This document shows positions 54,327 through 61,704 of a stretch of 64,000 nt of DNA, piece after piece. The first letter of the stretch is position 1. Every line of letters begins with the position of its first letter. This stretch comes from a virus. The notes beneath the pieces are model-generated. The model did no database searches. It was not told where the DNA came from and worked only from the letters and a program-made list of their open reading frames with translations. The stretch is taken from positions 1 through 64,000 of IMG/VR virus record IMGVR_UViG_3300032144_000003. One strand, given 5' to 3'. A program made the translations under genes and the position numbers.

Positions 54327-55637
54327 ATGCCCAAAGCAGTGATCGAAATTAAGCTCGGTGCGTGCCTCACCAGCCGCACGGAAGCGTTTCATCGTGAACT
54401 GATGAAACTCGCCGTCGGATGTCGGCAGATTCGTAACGGGGCGATGTCGGCCTGGCTGCAATGGATCGACGCCAATCCAGACTATCAGCCACAACAACGC
54501 AAGGACCGCAATGGGAAACTCAAGGTCACAAAAGATGGCACGCCAATTATGGAGTCGGCGTGGCTCCCGCAGCACGTCCAGAAGCTGCTGTATGATTCCG
54601 GACGCAAGGCGAACATCGCCGTTAGTTCCCACGTCGCATCACACTGTGTGAATGCGGTGATGCAGTATCTCGCCGGAGACCTGCCGTACAACCAGATCGA
54701 ACGCGGCGCGCCACGCTGCAAGGTCTGGCAGGCCATCCGTGACAGGCACATCAACGCCCCGTCCTACAGTGCGCTGGTGATCCCCGTCCCCAAGGCCAAT
54801 AGCGACCTGTGTTACAACGGCCAGACGACGAGCCGCAACGCCCTGCTGAAAGAGTGTGGGAAATCGTCGGCTGTGGTTTCCATTCCAATGTGGTCGCGCG
54901 AGGCGGGCCGGGAGAAGACAACCGCTATCTGCCGGATCGAGACGCGGCAACTCTCGCGCGGCAACCGGCAACTGCTGCAACGCATCGCACGCGACAAGGA
55001 CATGCACAGGGACAGCCAGATTGTCCTCAAGGATGGCCGCTGGCAGTTCCAACTCACGTATCAGGTGGAGCAGGAACTCTACCAGTTCGATCCGGCGCGG
55101 CAGGCCCGGCTGGTGATCTGCGACGGCACATCCGGCACGCCGTTCCGCCTGGAACTGCCCGGTGTCCCCGACTGGTCGATCTGTCGTGAGGAATCCAAGT
55201 TGCTGGTCAATGAACTGGCCCGCCTCGAAACCCGCCGCAAGACGATTGGCAAGTTCTACCGTGAGGGTCGCGGCCACGGTCACGGACGGCGGAAGGCGAT
55301 GGCCAACGCGAAGCGGATTGGAGCGCACGAAACCGGCCTGCGGCTCAACTTCATGCGGAAGACGATTGCGGAAGTGGTCAAGGCCGTGACCCGCTTCGAG
55401 TGCGGCACGCTGATTGTCGAGTCACCGAATCTGTTCGTGAAGAACTGCCGGAACAGGCCCACGTGGTTCAGCGACCGGGGTGTCACGTTCGCCTGGCATC
55501 AGGTGGTCAACACGTTGGGGCAGAAGTTGCCGGGCGTGCAGGTCGATCAACTCAGAATAGGGAAGGAAGAATGGCTCGGTTCAATTGCGAATGCGGAAAC
55601 TGCAAACGCCCCATGCGAGTCAGCAAGTCCCGCCTGA
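54327..55637 (+). CDS. TnpB/Cas12f-like RuvC-domain CRISPR effector candidate (N-terminal ~420 aa of the fold)
   Basis: SD AAAGG lies 8 nt upstream. TnpB-like order of elements: IVLKDGRWQFQLTYQVE, LVICDGTSG (RuvC-I Asp), RRKTIGKF...RRKAMANAKR, NFMRKTIAEVVKAVTRFECGTLIVESPNL (RuvC-II Glu). Flanked by arrays on both sides. Confidence 0.6.
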   Translation: MPKAVIEIKLGACLTSRTEAFHRELMKLAVGCRQIRNGAMSAWLQWIDANPDYQPQQRKDRNGKLKVTKDGTPIMESAWLPQHVQKLLYDSGRKANIAVSSHVASHCVNAVMQYLAGDLPYNQIERGAPRCKVWQAIRDRHINAPSYSALVIPVPKANSDLCYNGQTTSRNALLKECGKSSAVVSIPMWSREAGREKTTAICRIETRQLSRGNRQLLQRIARDKDMHRDSQIVLKDGRWQFQLTYQVEQELYQFDPARQARLVICDGTSGTPFRLELPGVPDWSICREESKLLVNELARLETRRKTIGKFYREGRGHGHGRRKAMANAKRIGAHETGLRLNFMRKTIAEVVKAVTRFECGTLIVESPNLFVKNCRNRPTWFSDRGVTFAWHQVVNTLGQKLPGVQVDQLRIGKEEWLGSIANAETANAPCESASPA

Positions 55638-55909
55638 AGGTGATTGCACGGGACAGGATCGTGCCGTTGTGCGAGACGTGCCGTCCATTCCGGAGCTACT
55701 TGATTGGACTCACAGAAGTCGAGCGGTTGCAGGCTGCAACATTGGCCGGGACCGATCGCAGAAAGGAAGAGGTGACATGTCAGGGACTTACGAACGACGG
55801 GTTGATACGGGATAGGGCGAAAGGTGGCCAGCATTCCGGACCTCTCGCAGGCGGACGCCTAACGTGTGTGACAGACAGGCGATGCATTGCGGGCGGTGAC
55901 AATACCTGA
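55571..55909 (+). CDS. zinc-ribbon module (TnpB/Cas12 C-terminal-like) in the -1 frame relative to the effector ORF
   Basis: GGAAGGAAG precedes ATG 55571. MARFNCECGNCKRPMRVSKSRLKVIARDRIVPLCETC. It overlaps the effector ORF end by 67 nt and runs into the first repeat of array 2. Confidence 0.45.
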   Translation: MARFNCECGNCKRPMRVSKSRLKVIARDRIVPLCETCRPFRSYLIGLTEVERLQAATLAGTDRRKEEVTCQGLTNDGLIRDRAKGGQHSGPLAGGRLTCVTDRRCIAGGDNT

Positions 55910-56145
55910 GAAAGCGAAGTGTGTGTGCAAGTTGATGCCTATTATCGCCGCCGGGGAATACCGGCGTGTGACAATACCTGAGAAAGCGAAGTGTGTGTGC
56001 AAGTTGATCTGGTTGTTCGCATCAATGCGGCCTCGGGTGGTGACAATACCTGAGAAAGCGAAGTGTGTGTGCAAGATCACCGCCGAACCCAACGGCACCC
56101 CGGATAGGTTGCGACAACGGGTGAACGAAAGAAAGTGTGTGCAAC
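55896..56145 (+). CRISPR. mini-CRISPR array 2 (3 identical repeats + degenerate terminal repeat, 3 spacers)
   Basis: 36-nt repeats at 55896-931, 55968-56003 and 56040-075 (GTGACAATACCTGAGAAAGCGAAGTGTGTGTGCAAG). Degenerate copy at 56111-145. Unique spacers of 36/36/35 nt. Confidence 0.8.
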
Positions 56146-56495
56146 GCTGGCTATACCACCAACTGACCGCCCTCGCGACAGCCATCGCCGTCGTGGCGTA
56201 CCTGTCGCTGCGGTTCATTCGCCGGGAACTGCTCCGACTGGAGCGGGACAGCCAGCACCGGCAAGAACAACTGGACGAGGCGCAGCGACGCATGAGCGAC
56301 CCTGAACAACGCGACACGATCCCCTGCGAACCGGGTGAGGTCTGCTGCATGTGCAAGGCTCCCGCCACCAAGATCACCTATTCCAAACACCACACGGACG
56401 TCCGGATCAAGTTCGTCATGCTCTGCGACGCCTGCGCCCGCGAAGCAGACGAGATGCATCTGGCGTATTTTGAGCACCAACCCCCAACGGAGTGA
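56139..56495 (+). CDS. small TM + zinc-ribbon protein downstream of array 2
   Basis: GTG 56139 (or 56121). TM LTALATAIAVVAYLSL. CCMCK...CDAC. The upstream part of the track ORF is array-encoded and is not counted. Confidence 0.35.
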   Translation: MQRWLYHQLTALATAIAVVAYLSLRFIRRELLRLERDSQHRQEQLDEAQRRMSDPEQRDTIPCEPGEVCCMCKAPATKITYSKHHTDVRIKFVMLCDACAREADEMHLAYFEHQPPTE

Positions 56496-56502
56496 ACCGA
56501 CG

Positions 56503-57000
56503 ATGAGTCACCGGAAGGCCAACGCAGCCCGCACAACCGCCACGGATGGACAGGACGCCCCTGCCGCCCAGCGCGTCAAGCTGCACCTGCAATGCAACGA
56601 TCATTGGGGCCGGGCGGACACCCTGATTGCCCTGGAAGTGCTCAACATCGCGGGACAGGTCGTCATCGAACTGGAGGGGGATGAAGCCGCCGGGGAACGG
56701 ATCAGCTTCGAACAGGCCCCTCGCTACTGGCGGCTGCATCTGTTCGCCTCCGGCGTAGACATGTTCGACGATCCCGCGACCGCCGAAGTCCATTGCAGGA
56801 TGGCGGACTACGTCCCCAGGTACGGCAACAACAACAGTTGGGCACTGGTCGAGGTGGACCTCGCGGACGCCAGCCGGATCGTCACGGCTCTGCTGCAATT
56901 CAAGCACTGGGTTGTCGTCCAGGCCCCGGCGCACGACGCGGATAGCGTCTCCCGGTTGCGGTCGATCAGCCCGGACGAACTGTGGAGGGTGGTCGAATGA
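56503..57000 (+). CDS. hypothetical protein
   Basis: 165-aa ORF. Confidence 0.4.
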   Translation: MSHRKANAARTTATDGQDAPAAQRVKLHLQCNDHWGRADTLIALEVLNIAGQVVIELEGDEAAGERISFEQAPRYWRLHLFASGVDMFDDPATAEVHCRMADYVPRYGNNNSWALVEVDLADASRIVTALLQFKHWVVVQAPAHDADSVSRLRSISPDELWRVVE

Positions 57001-57170
57001 ACGCCGTCGCCACGATCCCGGAAGTCATCACGTTCACCGTCCCGGCGAGCCCTAGCGACATCGAGGGATTCGGCGAATCAAAAGTGACGAAGATCACTGA
57101 CAATCTGCTTGAGTTCCGCAAGGCCATTCCCGTGTCTGAAGAGGTAGACACGCCAGCCGCAAAGGAGTAG
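56997..57170 (+). CDS. hypothetical small protein
   Basis: ATGA-coupled, 57 aa. Confidence 0.3.
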   Translation: MNAVATIPEVITFTVPASPSDIEGFGESKVTKITDNLLEFRKAIPVSEEVDTPAAKE

Positions 57171-57175
57171 CACGA

Positions 57176-57733
57176 ATGGAATCGACCATGCTGTTCATCG
57201 GCATCGACCCCGGCAAGACGGGCGGCATTGCGGTCATTGATTACGAATCAGTGATCGTGGCCGTGCTGCATTCCGAGAAGGCGACCGAGCGTGACATGTT
57301 CGCGTTCTTCGACGACCTCGATGAACGGTTCGGCACCGTGCCGCGACGGGCTGTGATTGAGCAGGTCGCATCGTCTCCGCAGATGGGAGTTGTGTCGGCG
57401 TTCGCGTTTGGGCAGTCGTTCGGCTTCCTGCGCGGGCTGCTGACAGGGACAGAGACACCATTCGAACTGGCGAGACCTCAAAAATGGCAAAAGGCAATGG
57501 GCTGCCTAAGCAAGGGTGACAAGAACGTGACGAAGGCAGCGGCACAGCGACTGTGGCCACAGTGGAAGATCACACACGCCAATGCGGACGCGTTATTGAT
57601 TGCGGAGTTTTGCCGTCGCCAGTGGTGGAATTCGGCCACATTCGAGAAATGGATTGCCGCCGGAGACGAGCAGCCGCACGCCGTCGTGACCATCACTCCC
57701 CTGTCCATCAACTCCGGAGCTTCCTCCCCATGA
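57176..57733 (+). CDS. ruvC: RuvC-like Holliday junction resolvase
   Basis: MLFIGIDPGKTGGIAVID ... VIEQV ... HANADALLIAEF. Confidence 0.75.
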   Translation: MESTMLFIGIDPGKTGGIAVIDYESVIVAVLHSEKATERDMFAFFDDLDERFGTVPRRAVIEQVASSPQMGVVSAFAFGQSFGFLRGLLTGTETPFELARPQKWQKAMGCLSKGDKNVTKAAAQRLWPQWKITHANADALLIAEFCRRQWWNSATFEKWIAAGDEQPHAVVTITPLSINSGASSP

Positions 57734-57966
57734 TCACTATCCCCGTCTGGCTGCTGATCTATCTGCTGCTGTCCGTGCTATTCACGGCACACTTCGCCTA
57801 CCGGATGCTGACCGATCCACCTGACGACGCGTCGCCATTGCAGAGACCACTGCTGTTTCATTTCGTGCTGGCCGGTATCGGTCTGTCGTGGCTATTGATT
57901 CTGGTCCTTGAGGTCATCGCCAGAATCCTGTTTCCGGCACATCCCAAGCACCCGAAGGATCGCTAA
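57730..57966 (+). CDS. small two-TM membrane protein
   Basis: ATGA-coupled. IPVWLLIYLLLSVLF and FVLAGIGLSWLLILVL. Confidence 0.4.
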   Translation: MITIPVWLLIYLLLSVLFTAHFAYRMLTDPPDDASPLQRPLLFHFVLAGIGLSWLLILVLEVIARILFPAHPKHPKDR

Positions 57967-57969
57967 CCC

Positions 57970-58239
57970 ATGCGGGCACGAGCCAGCAAAACCAAGCCGC
58001 AATCCGCGAACGGCGCAGCCAAGACGCTGGACACCGCGACAACGCAGGAACTGATCGCCGCGCTGCAAGACCGCGTGGGGAGCCTGTTGTGCGGGTACAC
58101 CGATCTGTCCCGGTCCGGAGCCGATGACATCTGCGTCGCCACCCACGGCAACGCGGCCACGCTGTACGGCCTGTCGCGCGTGCTCCAGGCCACGGCAGCG
58201 ACGGCGCTGCATGAAGTTCTGACGGGAGGTGAACAGTGA
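57970..58239 (+). CDS. hypothetical protein
   Basis: 89-aa ORF. Confidence 0.35.
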   Translation: MRARASKTKPQSANGAAKTLDTATTQELIAALQDRVGSLLCGYTDLSRSGADDICVATHGNAATLYGLSRVLQATAATALHEVLTGGEQ

Positions 58240-58389
58240 CATAGACCTAGACCAGACTCAACGTGACCAGACTGGACGCGACATGACTCGACTCGACTCG
58301 ACATGACGTGACAGGACAAGATTCGACGGGACGTGACAAGACCGGACAAGACAAGATTCCTCTCCAGTAGGCGGGAACAGGCAGACGCA
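58240..58389 (+). repeat. GAC-rich repeat region with three ACGTGACNAGAC boxes
   Basis: Boxes at 58261-72, 58306-17 and 58331-42. Also GACTCGACTCGACTCGAC, and GACAAGATT twice. Non-coding. Confidence 0.6.
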
Positions 58390-58719
58390 ATGACCAAGCA
58401 GGAACAGGACGACATTCTCCGCGAGTGGCTGCATCAGGCTATGCGCGACCTAAGCGAAGAGGCGTACTGCGCTGGGTGGATACACAGCAACGAGTACCAC
58501 ATCTGGAACGGAATTCAGCAACTGCCGGGCGACTGGCGGTACGGCATGTCCACTGTCCCTGCGGAATACCTGCGCCGGATCAAGTCGTGTGCTGAAGCAC
58601 TAGGGCAGTGGCTGTGGTGGAGCGACGACAGCGATGAAGTTGAACCGATCCCGTTGGACCAGTGGCGAGCGAAGTACGCCGCTTGGTTGGCGAAAGGAAA
58701 TACTACATGCTCGCCATAG
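58390..58719 (+). CDS. hypothetical protein
   Basis: ATG 58390. The track ORF starts at GTG 58333, inside the repeat region. Confidence 0.4.
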   Translation: MTKQEQDDILREWLHQAMRDLSEEAYCAGWIHSNEYHIWNGIQQLPGDWRYGMSTVPAEYLRRIKSCAEALGQWLWWSDDSDEVEPIPLDQWRAKYAAWLAKGNTTCSP

Positions 58720-59243
58720 ACGACCTGCTCGACACCGACGAACTGCAACTGACCGTCACGGCCACGATTACCGATGCCATGATTCAGGCGGTCCGCGAGG
58801 ACATGATCCCCGCCATCAGCCACGCCATCGAACTCGGCTGGCTGGCCCGTACGGCCTGTCTGTCCACGCTCCGCAGTCAATGCGACTGCCCCCTTGAGTC
58901 AGAACCGTGGCGGCGGCTATGGCAACTCGGATGGAACTACGCCCAGGCCCGGATCGAAGCCGCGCACTGGCTGCACCGGGCGGCGACACTGGAACAGCAA
59001 CGGGAGCAACGAGCCATGCAACAACCCCACGCAGAGCCTCAAGGCTGGACGACAACGATGCCTGACGAGACGACGACTGGAAACCTGTACTGGCTGTGGG
59101 AAGCAGGACGCCCTTTCCCGCGCTCCGTGTTCGTGCAACGCTGTGCGTTCCTGGGGGACATTGTGGTGTTCGATCCCAAGGGCGGACCGCGACAGGCTGC
59201 CCAGTACAAGGACGCGAAGTGGAAAGGACCGGTGGTGCCGTGA
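58707..59243 (+). CDS. hypothetical protein
   Basis: ATG follows AAAGGAAA. 178 aa. Confidence 0.4.
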   Translation: MLAIDDLLDTDELQLTVTATITDAMIQAVREDMIPAISHAIELGWLARTACLSTLRSQCDCPLESEPWRRLWQLGWNYAQARIEAAHWLHRAATLEQQREQRAMQQPHAEPQGWTTTMPDETTTGNLYWLWEAGRPFPRSVFVQRCAFLGDIVVFDPKGGPRQAAQYKDAKWKGPVVP

Positions 59244-59300
59244 GTAGCCGTCACAACGCCTACCGCGACGGCAAGGTCCACGTCTGCCGCGAGATGTGAA

Positions 59301-59492
59301 ATGACATTTCCAACCGTCAAATCATCGCCATACGGACGACGTGCAAGCCCCAAGATGGCACACATCTGGAGCGAGGCAGAGTGGAGGCGTAAGGTGTTGG
59401 ACGTGCTGCTGACGTTGTCACCAGTGGAGCGGCGATTCCAGATTGCAACAGCGGGGTCGTTTCGGTTTACGTCAAGCGAACTAGAGGGATAG
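59301..59492 (+). CDS. hypothetical protein
   Basis: 63-aa ORF. Confidence 0.3.
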   Translation: MTFPTVKSSPYGRRASPKMAHIWSEAEWRRKVLDVLLTLSPVERRFQIATAGSFRFTSSELEG

Positions 59493-59525
59493 GAGTGATC
59501 GAAACGACGCCGCTGCGGGTGGCAG

Positions 59526-60878
59526 TCAGGCTGGTGGTGGTGCGGGAGGTGACGGTGGGACAGCCTGTGGATTGAGCAGGACGGGAGCAGTCCCAGTTGC
59601 ATCCATGAATCGCTGTAGAATGACCGCCGCAAACCCTGGATCGATCTCTATAGCGCGGCAAGCCCTGCCGACCTGCTCACTGGCGATAATAGCCGTGCCT
59701 GATCCACAGTAAGGATCAAAAGTGATATCCCCGTGATCGGAATGATTCAGGTACGCGTTGATGTAAAGGTCCACGGGCTTCATTGTCGGGTGCACGTCAC
59801 ACGTTCGTGGTTTATCCACTTCCCAAACGCTCGTCTGGTATAAGCCATTCCTCAGACGCTTGTGCCGTTGTCCCCAGGTCATCAGGATCGGCTCGTGCTG
59901 GTAGTCGTAATCCAGGCGATTTATGGAGAATGTGGGCTGGTTCTTTTTCCAAACCAGGACATGACGTGGACGCAGGCATGCGTTTTGCATCATCATCATC
60001 ATCATCATCGATAGCTCGCCTACTTGTGGAGAACAGACGAAGACTGTGGCATCGTCCGCCATTGTGTCTCTGATGTTCTCGAATGCAGGGAGCAAATAAG
60101 CTGCCAGTTGATCCGGGGAAAGGTCGTCAGAAGCAAGAGACTCTAAACACCTTCCAGAAGGATGGAACGTGTTTAGAGTCTCGTTCTTGTGGCCGATCGA
60201 CACCCCATATGGTGGGTCAGTAAAGATGACCGTTGGCCGGTCGCCACGCAACACTGCGTCTACATGCACTCTCTGAGCGGAGTCGCCACACAGTAACCGA
60301 TGGCGTCCCAACTCCCAGAGTTGACCAACGCCAGTACCCCATTTCTGGGCGAGGATGTCTTTCTCAGAGACTCTCGGTTCAGCATCGTCACCAGTTGGGA
60401 CAACAGGTTCTTCGCCAGCCAGTTCCGCCAGTTCTTCCTCACTGAACCCCAAGTCCACGTCCAGATCAAACCCCTCATCGGCCAGCGCATCAAGCTGGCG
60501 CAGCAGGGCCGCGTCGTCGAACTCGGAGAACTGAGCGGACCGGTTCAAGGCGATCGCCAGGGCCGTCGCTTCCGACTTCGTTCCCGGATATTCGTGCACA
60601 TCACAGTGCGTCCAGCCAAGCTGACGCATGGCCCGCAAGCGACCATTGCCGCCAATCACAATCCCCCGGTGGACCACCAGCGGTTCCACCTGCCCGAACC
60701 GTTTCAGTGATCCCGCAATCGCAGTAATCGACCGTTCAGGATGCTGATTGACGTTGGCCGGGTCTTCCGTCAGAGAATCCAGCGGCACGCGAATCACACT
60801 CAGGCCCGTCGTCACAGGTGGCGTGGCTATCACGTCAGGCAGCGGTGAATCAGGCACTACGGCAGGTTGCTTCTTCAT
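59526..60878 (-). CDS. ParB-like nuclease domain fused to a DNA (N6-adenine/N4-cytosine) methyltransferase
   Basis: ParB N-terminal domain LTEDPANVNQHPERSITAIAGSLKRFGQVEPLVV...GNGRLRAMRQLGW. Motif IV VIFTDPPYGV. Motif I FDPYCGSGTAIIASE. Start at 60878 or 60923. Confidence 0.8.
   Translation of the reverse strand: MKKQPAVVPDSPLPDVIATPPVTTGLSVIRVPLDSLTEDPANVNQHPERSITAIAGSLKRFGQVEPLVVHRGIVIGGNGRLRAMRQLGWTHCDVHEYPGTKSEATALAIALNRSAQFSEFDDAALLRQLDALADEGFDLDVDLGFSEEELAELAGEEPVVPTGDDAEPRVSEKDILAQKWGTGVGQLWELGRHRLLCGDSAQRVHVDAVLRGDRPTVIFTDPPYGVSIGHKNETLNTFHPSGRCLESLASDDLSPDQLAAYLLPAFENIRDTMADDATVFVCSPQVGELSMMMMMMMQNACLRPRHVLVWKKNQPTFSINRLDYDYQHEPILMTWGQRHKRLRNGLYQTSVWEVDKPRTCDVHPTMKPVDLYINAYLNHSDHGDITFDPYCGSGTAIIASEQVGRACRAIEIDPGFAAVILQRFMDATGTAPVLLNPQAVPPSPPAPPPA
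59988..60008 (-). repeat. (CAT)7 / (ATG)7 microsatellite encoding seven consecutive Met
   Basis: catcatcatcatcatcatcat on the + strand, giving ...ELSMMMMMMMQNA... inside the methyltransferase. Confidence 0.9.
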
Positions 60879-61224
60879 CGGCTTACGACAGTCATCCAGC
60901 GGGTTGAGGTTGACAAACGGCATGAGAACGCAACAGTATGAATACCAACACGGACTGATTCCGAACAGGGCGACACGGTTCCCCGGCCCAGTGGTTGAGA
61001 CCGACAACGGGGGGACGGACCATCCGGAGCGGCGGCATCCTCAACTCATCGAGGGGCTGTCAGGCCGGACACGGACCACGGGTGTAGGACTCCCCTGATG
61101 AGGGCAACCGGATACGGGGAGCGATTGCGGCCCAGCCTTGATCGGCAAATACGCGGTGGGTTCGGGGAAGGTACGGATTGAGGGTTATCAGAATGCGATC
61201 TGTAATGGAGAATGGTTCCCCAAT

Positions 61225-61704
61225 ATGACAGAATCAGCCATGCCGATGGATCAGATTGGGGGGCAAGGGGGAGCCAATATGCTCCCCGCTTCGATTTCTC
61301 CCGGTGGTCAGACCAGCGACACTCGCCTGCTGGCGCGAGCGATCAAAGAGCGCTGGCCGATGACAGATGCTCTTCGCAAAGCGGTCGTCTCGTGCCTGTC
61401 TCGCATCATTCTGGATAGCGGCCTAGCTCCCCGTGAACGTGTCTCCGCCGCGAAAGCCTTGTTGCTCGCAGACAGAATCAATCTTGCCGAACAACAAGGC
61501 CCTGCCAAAGAACAACACAGCCACTTGCATTTGCATGGAAATCCTGACTCAATCCGATCGTCTCTGGCTGCACTCTCGGATCGCTACGGACTTTCAGGCA
61601 GTTCAGGAGTGGATGGATCAGCAGGCCCCACGAACACGGACTTCGCTAATTCGTCAGTTGATAGCGGAATCGAATCCGGGGACGCCGGGCCTGAGTCTGC
61701 ATGA
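61225..61704 (+). CDS. putative terminase small subunit
   Basis: It lies directly upstream of and overlapping terL. Helical segment TRLLARAIKERWPMTDALRKAVV...RERVSAAKALLLADRINLAEQQ. Assignment is by position. Start is uncertain (61138 TTG / 61225 ATG). Confidence 0.4.
   Translation: MTESAMPMDQIGGQGGANMLPASISPGGQTSDTRLLARAIKERWPMTDALRKAVVSCLSRIILDSGLAPRERVSAAKALLLADRINLAEQQGPAKEQHSHLHLHGNPDSIRSSLAALSDRYGLSGSSGVDGSAGPTNTDFANSSVDSGIESGDAGPESA

Noticed and set aside
53913-54632. The - strand ORFs (53913-54632 and 54070-54312) and the + strand ORF 54108-54296, all crossing CRISPR array 1.
   Set aside because: They are repeat-derived periodic peptides. They lie antisense to or overlap well-supported features, and their composition is not protein-like.
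55540-55575. A programmed -1 ribosomal frameshift joining the effector ORF to the Zn-ribbon ORF.
   Set aside because: No X_XXY_YYZ slippery heptamer is present in the overlap, and the ribbon ORF has its own SD and ATG. A frameshift cannot be supported from sequence. The case is left open as split gene versus sequencing error.
55887-56138. The 5' part of the 202-aa track ORF 55887-56495, which reads through CRISPR array 2.
   Set aside because: The peptide VTIPEKAKCVCK repeats three times only because the 36-nt repeat is being translated. Only the part downstream of the array (from about 56139) is considered possibly coding.
61095-61125. A hammerhead-ribozyme-like CTGATGAG core here, and CTGACGAG at 49229-36.
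   Set aside because: No matching GAAA element or three-stem arrangement could be drawn around either site.
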